This document shows positions 7,645-17,168 of a DNA stretch of 18,919 bases, in pieces. Origin of the DNA: Bdellovibrionota bacterium (GTDB lineage: Bacteria; Bdellovibrionota_C; UBA2361; OMII01); assembly GCA_044345405.1 (NCBI GenBank), contig JBIJBE010000056.1, positions 1 through 18,919 on the forward strand, given 5' to 3'. The notes beneath the pieces were generated by a model. The model made no database searches. It was not told the DNA's origin and saw only the letters and a program-made list of their open reading frames with translations. Each line of letters starts with the position of its first letter. Position 1 is the first letter of the stretch. The position numbers and the translations under genes are program-made.

Positions 7645-8688
7645 ATGGGAACACCCAGTTACGAAGGTAAGCAGGTGTATATGGGGTTGGATGTTCATCG
7701 TGAGTTTTTCGTTGCAAGTTGTATCTGTGACGGGGTTGTCGTTAAGCGGTGCCGAATGCCTGGGACAGCGGAGGCTGTTATCTCGCTGGTGTCCAAGGAG
7801 TTTAGTGGGGCAAGCGTTCGCGCGGCGTACGAGGCAGGGTATAGTGGTTTTTGGCTGTACCGAAAGCTCGTGGCGGTAGGGATTGACTGCATAGTGGTTC
7901 ACGCTGCGTCGATAGAAGTGTCATCACGTGACACCGTGAAGACGGATAAGCGGGATTCGTTGAAGATAGCGCAGCAGCTGGCCGCTGGCCGGTTGCGGGG
8001 CGTGAGGGTTCCGACCGAAGAGGCGGAACAGCGACGACTACTGACCCGCACTCGTGAGCAGCTCATGAACAAGAAGCGCCGAGTGATGGTTCAGATACGG
8101 ATGCGGTTACATTATTTCGGGCGGTTCCCTGAGAGCATTCAGCGACGGGTAAAGCTTCAAGATGTTGAGGATATTTTAGTCGGGCTTGAGGGCGAGCTGC
8201 AGCGCACGATTGGGATGCTGCGTGACGAGTGGGTTGAGCTCGCAAAGAGAATCAAAGAGATCGATCGATTGCTTGTAGAGCAAGCCAAGGAAGATCCGCT
8301 GGACGCAGCGTATCGGAGTGTCCCAGGAGTTGGCCCGCTCATATCGCGTATCCTCTCAGCGGAGCTTGGCGATATGAGTCAATTCCGAAACGAGCGTGCG
8401 TTATTCAGCTTCACTGGATTAACCCCGAGTGAGTACTCAAGTGGCGGACATATCTGTCGCGGGCACATTTCTCGCCAAGGCAACACTCGATTGCGACATA
8501 TGTTGGTTGAAGCCTCGTGGAAAGCGGTAAGAAAAGACCCCGTTATTAAAGAATATTACATCAAGCTCTCAGAGCGAATCGGCAAGAGAAAGGCGATCGT
8601 TGCGGTCGCGCGTAAGCTTGCCGGGCGCATCAGAGCTGCATTGAGGAAGCATGAGCATTATACCTTAGACTATAGAGCAGCGGCGTAA
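7645..8688 (+). CDS. IS110-family DEDD recombinase/transposase
   Basis: GLDVH, YEAG and KTDKRD (DEDD RuvC-like); SVPGVGP; GLTPSEYSSGG (catalytic Ser loop); GHISRQGN; AIVAVARKL. AGGAGAGG RBS. Appears intact. Confidence 0.97.
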   Translation: MGTPSYEGKQVYMGLDVHREFFVASCICDGVVVKRCRMPGTAEAVISLVSKEFSGASVRAAYEAGYSGFWLYRKLVAVGIDCIVVHAASIEVSSRDTVKTDKRDSLKIAQQLAAGRLRGVRVPTEEAEQRRLLTRTREQLMNKKRRVMVQIRMRLHYFGRFPESIQRRVKLQDVEDILVGLEGELQRTIGMLRDEWVELAKRIKEIDRLLVEQAKEDPLDAAYRSVPGVGPLISRILSAELGDMSQFRNERALFSFTGLTPSEYSSGGHICRGHISRQGNTRLRHMLVEASWKAVRKDPVIKEYYIKLSERIGKRKAIVAVARKLAGRIRAALRKHEHYTLDYRAAA

Positions 8689-8699
8689 GAAGTAGAGCA

Positions 8700-8940
8700 G
8701 TGAGTTGTGGTAGTGGAAGGAAACCAAGAGTAACGTAACTTTGATTTCAGGTGTGACCCCGTCGATTTGCCTGTGTCTGCGAAAGCATGCACGATTGCTA
8801 GTTTGAGGCGCACCCCTTTTGTAATTTACGAAAAAGCATCATGTGAGCGCTGCATAGACAGTGACCACGAATAGCAGGTTGTTACGCGAAAGGTCCCTTT
8901 AGGTTTTTGAAGGCAACTCTACGCCAACGGTTTTAGTGAA
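8700..8940 (+). ncRNA. Putative bridge RNA/seekRNA (boundaries approximate)
   Basis: ~310-bp non-coding end downstream of the transposase. It contains GATTTGCC (8764-8771), the reverse complement of right flank 9001-9008; CATAG (8853-8857), matching the right end; and ATAGCA (8871-8876), the reverse complement of left end 7558-7563. Confidence 0.65.
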
Positions 8941-8998
8941 TACTTCGATTCTTTGGATCGGACAGGATTTTTTGTCGTGACGTTGACAAGTCTCATAG

Positions 8999-10622
8999 CG
9001 GGCAAATCCTTAAAGATGAAACGTACCAGTTAAGCTCCGTGATCCCCTCCCAGCAAACCGAGACACCCGAAGCGCCGCAAACCTATCGCGCGATCGTTCT
9101 CAACAACATAAATCACGAAGCCTTGCCAAACAGCATCAAATCCGGACTCTCTCGCTACGTAAGAGGCGGTGGTGGCCTTATTATGGTCGGTGGCAACGAG
9201 AGCTTTGGTCTCGGCGGTTACATCGGCTCCTCGATTGAGGAGATCCTGCCGGTGCGCTTACTGAAGCCACGCCAGGAGCAGAAGCGCCTCAACGTGGCCG
9301 TCCAACTCATCATTGATAAATCACGAAGTATGGCGACCGATGACCGCTTGGAGTTCGCCAAAGCCGCCGCGCAAGAGGTGCTACGAAACCTAAAGAACGA
9401 CGATCTGATTGGCGTGATGGGATTCGACGAAGGTCCTTTTAAAGTTCTCCCCGTGTCGCCCGTAAGCGCCGTCCGAGACACCGCGATTACTCGCATCAGC
9501 CGCCTTTTTCCATCAGGAGCGACAGCGCTGTACCCCGCGCTTGAGGAGGCGGAGCTCGACCTTTCCAGCGTTCCCGCCGGGCGCAAGCATATCATCGTCC
9601 TCACCGATGGAAAGCTACCAGACGCTGGACCAAAATATCTCGGCACCCTCAAGCAGCTCCGCATGCTGGGAATTACCCTCTCAACAGTTATGGTTGGTGG
9701 CGATGTAGGTGATGGATTCCTGACGCAGATGGCCGAGCTAGGTGGTGGCTCGTTCTATCAAACAAGTGACCCAAGCAACCTCCCCAAGATCTTCCTCTCT
9801 GACGTGCGCGTCGCTGGGGGCGAGCGAACGATGAAAGAGGAGCCCAACCTGCCCGTGCGAAACGGGCCCGATCCTCTCGTAAGCACATCACTACGCTCGT
9901 TTCCAAATGTTCGTGGAATCGTTCAAACGGAGCGTCGCGACAGCGCTAACACCGAGCTCGTGGTTTCCGACCAGGAAGGCACCTATCCACTCCTGGCGTC
10001 ATGGAAGGTAGGAGAGGGGAGGAGTATCGCGTTTACGTCAGATGCGAATGGTCGTTGGTCATCCCGGTGGATGCGCTGGGACCAGATCCGAACCTTCTGG
10101 TCGGATCTCATTGACTCCGCGCGCCCTAAGACAGTCGGCAAAGAATCGACGATTCCTTTCGATATGCGTTCGTCGGTCGAAGGCGGTGAGGTCGTTATAG
10201 ACCTCACCCTTTTTGAGGAGATCGGCTCAAGTAGCGTGTCGGCCTCGATTGTCACTCCCGGCGGCGCCACCCGCTCCGTTTCGTTCAATCCGGTACGACG
10301 AGGTCACTATCAAGCGAGACTCGACCACGCCATGGCCGGTACCTATAAAACCACCGTGGCGATCGACGACGCGAAGCTACCGGAGGTAGCGTGGACACTA
10401 TCGGGGGAGTTGTTTGGTGAGGTCTCTCATCGAAAACCAAACGTGTCGCTCCTCTCGGACCTAGCGCTGCGCACAGGCGGCATGATGGATCCCTCGCCAG
10501 AGGACATACGTCCCTATTTGAAACAGAGCGCCACGAGACGACTTTTCAGTCACGATCTGCTCGTTTTAGCGCTTTTGTTCCTCTTTTTGGAGGCCGGAAT
10601 GCGCGCTCTGCCGCGTCGCTGA
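8999..10622 (+). pseudogene. vWA + glutamine-amidotransferase-like (DUF1355-type) membrane protein, 5' end cut by IS110
   Basis: YVRGGGGLIMVGGNESFGLGGY (GATase-like), IIDKSRSM MIDAS, VLTDG, GEGRSIAFTSD..RWS..W, C-terminal TM helix. The frame stays open upstream of GTG 9039 into the IS end (GQILKDETYQLSSV) with no RBS or signal peptide. Confidence 0.8.
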
Positions 10623-10665
10623 GAGGTCGCTTGCCTTTTGACTCGAACTCGGCAAAAACCACCCG

Positions 10666-11790
10666 ATGTTCTCCTTTGACGACAATCCAGCGCGCCACAT
10701 CGACGAGCGCCAACCACCACACTCACCGCGCGAAGTATTGCGGGCCACATCGCGCCATCACCTTGAGGACCTGAAAGATACTCTTGAGCACACGTCAGGA
10801 TACCTTCCGAACGCGATGCGACATCTCGCGGACTCATTAGCGTCCCCATCAGTAAGAGATCCCGTGATCGCGGTGGTACTTTCCGAACCTCACCTTTTTC
10901 TAGATCCTCAACACCGCGTGGCGCTGCTTGATTCGCTGACGAAATTTAGTCATGAGCCGCTAGTTCAATCCTTCGCCATTCAAACACTCGCTCAACCCCC
11001 GTACCAAAATCATCCCGATGTGGTACGCGCGGCGTCCGACGCGATTCTCTCCGCTTCCGAGCACCTCACTCCCACGAACATCAAGACTATCGCGAATCTG
11101 GCGACGATTCAGCGCGATCGCTCGGAATCGCTAGCATCCGCCTCCGCGCGCCATATCCTTGAGGCGCTTCCGTCTTCCGCTATCCCTCATGAATCGCTTC
11201 AAACGCTCGCGCGCGATTGGTACATCTCTCGTCGCGGGGAACCCAATCCATGGCTCGCCTCGATATCTCACGTTCCATCCCTACAACGAGTCGCGATTCT
11301 GCGAGAGATTCTCTCTGGAAATGTGCCGTATGAGGGAAAGCCATCGCTACTGCAACGAATGTCGACCTTTCCGACCGACCTCCACCATGCCGCTGTCGGA
11401 AGTGGCTTCGTCGCTATCATCTTCAACAAGGCGTTACCACTTCTCGGCGTAGGTAGAGGAGTCTCCTCCCTTCGCGCCTTTTTGATAGCGTCGACGATCG
11501 TCTATGGCGTTAAGACCCTCGCGAATGCCACGAGCATGGACGCCGCAAACGCTCAAAGAGAGCCTGAAAGGCTCGAAGCCGTTCGACACCTAAAAACCAT
11601 CTACGAACGCGCGTTTGAGAGTTGCGACCGTAACGATCGCGCGGCGGGACGCTCTGCGTATCTCACTCTACGGCGAGCCTCTCGCTCTCTACTACAGGAA
11701 CCGATCGTTCGAGCCGCCGCTCGCGCGGCGCTAGAAGACATCGAGCGGAGCGAATCTTCATTCCTTTTATATCAGCGCTTTAGCCCCTAA
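10666..11790 (+). CDS. Hypothetical helical (HEAT/ARM-like) protein with two probable TM segments
   Basis: 374-aa ORF co-oriented with neighbours, with amphipathic helical character and hydrophobic stretches near aa 240-285. No family recognised. Confidence 0.7.
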   Translation: MFSFDDNPARHIDERQPPHSPREVLRATSRHHLEDLKDTLEHTSGYLPNAMRHLADSLASPSVRDPVIAVVLSEPHLFLDPQHRVALLDSLTKFSHEPLVQSFAIQTLAQPPYQNHPDVVRAASDAILSASEHLTPTNIKTIANLATIQRDRSESLASASARHILEALPSSAIPHESLQTLARDWYISRRGEPNPWLASISHVPSLQRVAILREILSGNVPYEGKPSLLQRMSTFPTDLHHAAVGSGFVAIIFNKALPLLGVGRGVSSLRAFLIASTIVYGVKTLANATSMDAANAQREPERLEAVRHLKTIYERAFESCDRNDRAAGRSAYLTLRRASRSLLQEPIVRAAARAALEDIERSESSFLLYQRFSP

Positions 11791-11866
11791 TACGTCGTCA
11801 TGTAGGCTACCTATTTCGTCCAGAACCGCATAACTCCAAGGCAGGACGGATAGGGAGAGCCTAGCG

Positions 11867-14800
11867 GTGACTGAAGCGACGTTAGAGAATAGAACACAAC
11901 TAGAGCATACGCGTCTCGCCTCGCCCGAGTCGACGGACTCCTCGTCCTCGCTCGAGGGGAAAACGGCGCCAGGTGATAGGGAGCGATCTCTTGATATCCT
12001 GCAGGAGCGCTACACTCGCGAAGTTAAGGCGTTCGACGTGATGATGCGGCAATGTCACCGGATCGTCCCCTCGGAACACCCCACTCACCAACACCTTCAG
12101 TCCGTACTAACACAGGCCGCGACCATGCTGGGCCTCGAAAGCCCCGGGGTGAACCTCGTAATCTTCGCTCGATATCCATATGAACGATTAGAGAAGATAG
12201 TCGACGCGGGCAATATAGCTCCATACGTTCCTGAAGCCTTCGTCAATCCCGCTACCGGAACTGTGTACCTCAACGTCGCTCTCCTCGACGCTTGTAAATA
12301 CAACTCCGACCTCATACATAGCGTCATGTATCACGAACTCGCTCACATGGTGCTTCTTCAAGGTCTTCGAGAAGAGCTAACCCAATCACTCTCCGATCCG
12401 CTCGGCAGGTCCTTTCGAGACTATGAAGTGGAATATCACTGCGATCGTATCGCCGCGCTTATCTCCTCCAAACGAGGCGAGGACCCTCGTAGTATAAGCA
12501 AAGCTCTTGAAGCGATCGAAGCCGCGGAGAAGGCGACCATAGAGTCGACACGACTAGCGTCAGAGGTCGCGTGCTCAATCGAGCTCCCACTTATCAGCAC
12601 TCATCCAGCGACTCAACGGCGAATGCGCGCGAATGAACTGGTGTCTCACCAGATGCCTGTCGCTCGAAATGCGCTGACCTCGGCGCCCACCCTTCAAAAC
12701 ATCGATGTTTCCACGATCCCGGTAACGAGACCGTATGGAAACCTAATCCGTCGTGATAATTCGAACGGCAATCAGTGTGATACATTAGATGGACTCACCG
12801 CCCTAGACGCCGACAATCGTCCCCGGCAGCTCCTCCTCACCCCGGATGATTACCGTCGCTGGTGCGGAGAAGCCGCCAGCGGCGATGATAATGAGCTGAT
12901 TCCGCGCGAAATACGAACTCTCCTCCGCGATCCCTCTGTACTCCATGTAAGCGATTGGCTGCGTGAATTCGCCCAGCTCGCCAGCACGGGAACCGAAACG
13001 CTCGCGGATGTCATTGATGAGTTCAACCAGGAATTAGAGAGCGTTTCCCTCGACGACCTCACCACAATACTTACGCGGATAAACCCAGCTCGAGTGCTCG
13101 ACAACTCAGATGAGCCCAATCTGCAGATTGAGCCGTATACAACGCTACCGTTTTGCCTCTCACCACTTGTCAATCGCTTCATTCAACTGAAAACCGAGCA
13201 GGGCGCCAGCTCCCTGGAATGCCTATCAGACCTCATCAAAATCGCGCAGGAGCATCAACGCGTATTTGGAGGGAGCATTCTGTTATCGGCCGCTGATGTT
13301 CCGATACTGGCGATCGACATCTGCGGAAACGGCAGCGCTTCTGACCACGAGAAACTTGTTGGACTTATTCTGGGAAATAGCGATCTAAAAGAAGCGCTCA
13401 TATCCAACGCGACCGTCAAGCTAGCCGATGCTCGCCCATCATACCTTCGAGAGACATCCGAACTGATTAAGCCACTGCTTGAGCGCTACAGCCCGTTTAG
13501 AGTCACTCAAGACAATAAAATACTTTCGCGTCACTCGATGTGCGCCGAGATCGTTCCCCTTTCGACGGACGACGAGATTAACCAGCCAACAGTACTCAGG
13601 CGTGTGCCGGGAGGAGAGTTCGCCATAAAGACGCTGGAACGTCCTGGCAATCTACCCCCGATCTCCCTGATAGAGTTCGGAGACGCTCCCCTCAGCGAGC
13701 GTAATATCGAGGTTATAAAGCAAACTTTTCTGGCCCGATTCACCGATCCATTTCACGCCAAGCTCCATTCTACAACAATCTCCAACGCTCTCCAGTCGAT
13801 GCTGACTAACGTGACGCGTCATTCAGAGGATCTCCTTACACTCACTTCTCCCTCCCGAGAGGAGCGCGAAACATTCGTGAAAAACGATCTTGCTACGCTA
13901 TACGCGCAGGGCGGCACCACCACCTCCGTAGCTCGTCGATTCGGTCGAGAACTAACCGAGACCAAGATCCGCGAACTCTTCGCCGCGACGTCGATTGAAG
14001 CGCAAATCTTTGACATGGGCGACGACGAAACAACCAAGGCTTGGATAGGCGTGGGACGCCAGGGTTACTCAACCACATCATACACCCGCCCTGAGAGCTC
14101 ATCATTTGATATCTTTCAATCCTCTCTTCTTTTTAATGACCTGCATCGCTCTCACTTTGACTCGATCTCCCCCGGCGTCGAAAAGGCCGCGCTCTTGCTC
14201 GATAGCTACCCAATTAAGGTGCTCGAGCGCGATCAACTTCTGTGTGTCGCGCTCGGATATCCCGCGCTCGAGTGCCTCAACGACATGAAGCCAGTGGAGA
14301 TCACTATCGCCGCGGAAACCGACATTCATGTCCTTCATATCTTACGCGAGGGGCTAAAAAACCAAGGCCTCGCCCAAGTGGCGGAGGGGCGGCTACATGA
14401 GATCAGCACCCAGGATAGGGACTCGTTTCTCAATCACCCAGCCATCGTGGCATTGAGAGCTTCTATTCTCACTAACCTTCCGGAAGTCGTCCAGGACGCG
14501 GCGATACGAGACGAGCGTTTACTGGCGATCCTGTCGGCGTTCACCAGCCCCTCCCGGGAGCGTGATAAATATCTCCGTGAATTCATCGACCACGCCAACT
14601 CCCGAGCCCTCAAGGAAGGTCTTGGCGCGCTCCTCGCGGACCCAATCGTGTCGCGACTCTCTCCCGATATAGGCACCAAGTCACGCGTCTCTCCCGACAC
14701 TATCCTGTCTCTCATCTCATACCTCTCGCCATACGACAAAGCGCAAGCGCTCCTCTACTTCATGGGCTGCAGAAAGTTTGAGTCTCCAACCGCGACGTGG

Positions 14801-16489
14801 CTTCTTGAGGGATATGACGTGCGTACTCCGCTCTCCGAGCTACAAGCGCGGCTCTCCCTTGAGGCGCCAACGGGTAAGCGCATCAGCGAACGCTGGCTAG
14901 GCAAAGAAGTGAAGCATCAATTTGACCTACCTGACTGTTTGGTTCGAGCTCAAAAGACATTCGGCATCTCCGTCGCGACCGCCGAAAATCTTCAGGGCTC
15001 GCTCCTCAATGAGCGCGCCATCACGGACCTCCTTACTACCATTCTTTACGGAGACTCGGGCGTTGTCGCTGACGACAAGGTTCGAAAAGAGTTCTTCAAA
15101 CTCGCGGGTCGAACCCTGATTCAAACCAGCGATCGCTTCAAAGAGCTGGATCCGCAACGGAGAAAGGATCTCTCGAAGTTTGTGGCGTTCGCCTTTGAGC
15201 AGTGTCCGAGTGAGAAGCTACCAACGGTGATTATGCGCGTATGGGAGGCGACGAAAGGGGAGACGGAGCAGCTTCCGTCCGTGGTCGCCAGTATCCTTAC
15301 CGGACTCGGCCCAGCATTTGTCAAATTCGGCCAAAAGCTCGCCACGCTCAACATCGAAGCTGAGTACAAGAAGGCGTTCAGGCAGTTATCCAGCGAAAAT
15401 AAAGAGATCGACTCCACGCTCGTATACCACAACACCGAGGCGATCTTTGGTGGTTCGGTCTTCGAGGAGCGGGGCAGTGGTCGCAAATTAGGCGAGGGTT
15501 CCATGGCCGCGACATTCGTCGCGCTGCCAAAAGGAGAAAGCGAGCCACGAGCGATTAAGATTGTGCACCCATTTATTGAGCAGGAGATTGAGGCCGACTG
15601 CGTCTATATTCAGAAGCTCGTCGAATACATTAACACTCATAAACCATTCGCCTCGCTGACGCTGCCCAAAAATACGGCTACCGTCATCCGTCAACAATTG
15701 ACTCATCAGATCGACACCGAACGTGAGATAGCGAACAGCCACGCGCTCGCGTCCGCGCTGCGCCCTGGCACCGATACCGTCGACTTCCGAGTCGCGAAGA
15801 TAGACAATCGATTCTCCACCAAGGGTGTAATTGCCGCGGAGTTTCTCCCCGGCTATGAGCTCGATAAACCCGAGATAGAGGCGCAGGGGTACTCGAGCGC
15901 CGCTATAAGAAATGAAGTCGGTCTCGAGGCCCTTCGACTCCTTCTAACAGCTCCCGTCTATCAATCTGACGTCAACCTTGGGAACTTCGGCGTTCTCAAA
16001 AACCCAACGAACGGAAAGATTGTGGCGCATGACGGACGACCCACGGTTGTCTGGTATGACGCCGGCGCGGTCGACCCCATATCGACGAACGATCAGAAGC
16101 TACTTCTTACGATAATCAAATCCGCCATGAAGGACCCCTCGTCTCTTCCGGGCGAATTAAGCAAGCTTGTTAAAGATTCTGACGGAAGAGAGGCGGAACT
16201 TACAGTCATCTGCGATGACCTCAAAAAGGAATGGGCAGGTACGGGCTCATTCGCCCCGAACGTAATTAAGGGACGATTTGAGCGCTTCTTCGACAAAGTC
16301 AGCGAAGCAGGGCTTGAGATCGAGGAGCGCTGGCTTATCGTCGCGAACACGATCTCGATGGTCGCGCCCCTTCTTGATGGCGTTTCAAGCGATCGCGTGA
16401 GGAGTCTCGTGGTCGAGGCGCTCAAACATCATAAAATGCTCTCCTTTACTGAGCGAGCGGCGCTTGCTGCGCTTCCGTGGATCAGCTAA
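11867..16489 (+). CDS. M48-like zinc metallopeptidase fused to a C-terminal UbiB/ABC1 (AarF) atypical kinase
   Basis: HELAH (12332-12346), EYHCD and STHP give the M48 pattern. GPAFVKFGQKL (KxGQ, 15308-15340), LGEGSMA, AIKIVHP, QSDVNLGN (15962-15985) and YDAG give the UbiB pattern. GGGAG RBS before GTG. Confidence 0.88.
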   Translation: MTEATLENRTQLEHTRLASPESTDSSSSLEGKTAPGDRERSLDILQERYTREVKAFDVMMRQCHRIVPSEHPTHQHLQSVLTQAATMLGLESPGVNLVIFARYPYERLEKIVDAGNIAPYVPEAFVNPATGTVYLNVALLDACKYNSDLIHSVMYHELAHMVLLQGLREELTQSLSDPLGRSFRDYEVEYHCDRIAALISSKRGEDPRSISKALEAIEAAEKATIESTRLASEVACSIELPLISTHPATQRRMRANELVSHQMPVARNALTSAPTLQNIDVSTIPVTRPYGNLIRRDNSNGNQCDTLDGLTALDADNRPRQLLLTPDDYRRWCGEAASGDDNELIPREIRTLLRDPSVLHVSDWLREFAQLASTGTETLADVIDEFNQELESVSLDDLTTILTRINPARVLDNSDEPNLQIEPYTTLPFCLSPLVNRFIQLKTEQGASSLECLSDLIKIAQEHQRVFGGSILLSAADVPILAIDICGNGSASDHEKLVGLILGNSDLKEALISNATVKLADARPSYLRETSELIKPLLERYSPFRVTQDNKILSRHSMCAEIVPLSTDDEINQPTVLRRVPGGEFAIKTLERPGNLPPISLIEFGDAPLSERNIEVIKQTFLARFTDPFHAKLHSTTISNALQSMLTNVTRHSEDLLTLTSPSREERETFVKNDLATLYAQGGTTTSVARRFGRELTETKIRELFAATSIEAQIFDMGDDETTKAWIGVGRQGYSTTSYTRPESSSFDIFQSSLLFNDLHRSHFDSISPGVEKAALLLDSYPIKVLERDQLLCVALGYPALECLNDMKPVEITIAAETDIHVLHILREGLKNQGLAQVAEGRLHEISTQDRDSFLNHPAIVALRASILTNLPEVVQDAAIRDERLLAILSAFTSPSRERDKYLREFIDHANSRALKEGLGALLADPIVSRLSPDIGTKSRVSPDTILSLISYLSPYDKAQALLYFMGCRKFESPTATWLLEGYDVRTPLSELQARLSLEAPTGKRISERWLGKEVKHQFDLPDCLVRAQKTFGISVATAENLQGSLLNERAITDLLTTILYGDSGVVADDKVRKEFFKLAGRTLIQTSDRFKELDPQRRKDLSKFVAFAFEQCPSEKLPTVIMRVWEATKGETEQLPSVVASILTGLGPAFVKFGQKLATLNIEAEYKKAFRQLSSENKEIDSTLVYHNTEAIFGGSVFEERGSGRKLGEGSMAATFVALPKGESEPRAIKIVHPFIEQEIEADCVYIQKLVEYINTHKPFASLTLPKNTATVIRQQLTHQIDTEREIANSHALASALRPGTDTVDFRVAKIDNRFSTKGVIAAEFLPGYELDKPEIEAQGYSSAAIRNEVGLEALRLLLTAPVYQSDVNLGNFGVLKNPTNGKIVAHDGRPTVVWYDAGAVDPISTNDQKLLLTIIKSAMKDPSSLPGELSKLVKDSDGREAELTVICDDLKKEWAGTGSFAPNVIKGRFERFFDKVSEAGLEIEERWLIVANTISMVAPLLDGVSSDRVRSLVVEALKHHKMLSFTERAALAALPWIS

Positions 16490-16502
16490 GCCGATGCAGA
16501 AA

Positions 16503-16527
16503 AGCGGAGCTAGAAGCTCCGCGGTCC
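16503..16527. repeat. REP-like palindrome, single copy
   Basis: AGCGGAGCTAGAAGCTCCGCGGTCC with internal stem GCGGAGCT/AGCTCCGC; near-identical to the copies at 17086-17144. Confidence 0.8.
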
Positions 16528-16538
16528 GATAAAGAGGG

Positions 16539-16583
16539 TGGGTGTCTCCGGAAAAACCGAATGAAAATATATGGAGCCACCCA
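16539..16583. terminator. Inverted repeat between convergent genes (possible terminator)
   Basis: TGGGTGTCTCC / GGAGCCACCCA (10/11) with a long loop and no clear U-tract. Confidence 0.3.
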
Positions 16584-16601
16584 TTCCCCCTACTTACTAT
16601 C

Positions 16602-16910
16602 CTACGCCGCGGAGCGGTCATAGGACGCAAGCAGCTCGAACGAAACGCGGTCGTTCTCATCCTTTCGGAAGAGAACTGAGCCGTTCCACATAATCCGCAG
16701 TCCCTTGTGTGGTTTTAGCGCCAACACATTAAGACCAGGATCGAGAACGATACCGGCTTCGGTTAAGACAAATCGCGCGCCCTTTACCTCCACCTGGTTA
16801 CCGACCTCCTCAAGAAGCAGGTCCTCCAGAAAGAATTCATCGCATTGCTCAATGCGGAATTCCTTAAAGGTAATCGTGCACGAGCGACCTCCTTGTCGCA
16901 CTTCCAGCAT
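16602..16910 (-). CDS. Hypothetical protein (102 aa)
   Basis: Strong RBS AAAAGGAG 6 nt before ATG, protein-like composition, no overlap with large genes. Confidence 0.75.
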   Translation of the reverse strand: MLEVRQGGRSCTITFKEFRIEQCDEFFLEDLLLEEVGNQVEVKGARFVLTEAGIVLDPGLNVLALKPHKGLRIMWNGSVLFRKDENDRVSFELLASYDRSAA

Positions 16911-16955
16911 AGCGGACTCCTTTTGCTGGTGAATGGATGGCGGATAGTCCCTCAG

Positions 16956-16975
16956 CGCTAATCACGCGATTAGCG
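16956..16975. promoter_or_regulatory. Perfect palindrome, possible operator or leader hairpin
   Basis: CGCTAATC-ACGC-GATTAGCG, ~45 bp upstream of the 16910 start. Confidence 0.4.
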
Positions 16976-17085
16976 AATTCCTTATCAGACCCCACCAGAT
17001 AGTGTTATGGAGGGGTTATTGGCTGATGCGCCATAACGCTCGCTTTATTGGCCCAAATAGGCGATCTCAGGTTCATGTATCGGCT

Positions 17086-17144
17086 AGCGGAGCTGGAAGC
17101 TCCGCGCTCCGCCCTCTATGGACCGCGAAGCTTCCAGCTTCGCT
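17086..17144. repeat. Inverted REP doublet
   Basis: AGCGGAGCTGGAAGCTCCGCGCTCC (17086-17110) and GGACCGCGAAGCTTCCAGCTTCGCT (17120-17144) are inverted, 22/25, and each is itself palindromic. Lies just downstream of the glycosyltransferase stop. Confidence 0.85.
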
Positions 17145-17168
17145 TGGCATTTGCGCCCAACGGCGCGG

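Larger units (their letters stand above)
7557..8998 (+). mobile_element. IS110-family element, IS1111-like layout (long right non-coding end)
   Basis: TAG at 7554-7556 and 8996-8998 is the putative core. Subterminal IR GCTATGTAGAC (7559-7569) / GTCTCATAGC (8990-8999), second IR AATCGAAGT (7600-7608) / ACTTCGATT (8942-8950), and TTGACA at 8983-8988 pointing outward. Confidence 0.8.

Noticed and set aside
11846-11856. GACGGATAGGG match to the duplicated flank at 5251
   Set aside because: Only 11 bp, overlaps a purine-rich RBS, and has no accompanying palindrome; probably chance.
15300-16489. Assigning the gene symbol ubiB
   Set aside because: The domain is part of a large fusion with divergent motifs and no ubi gene context.
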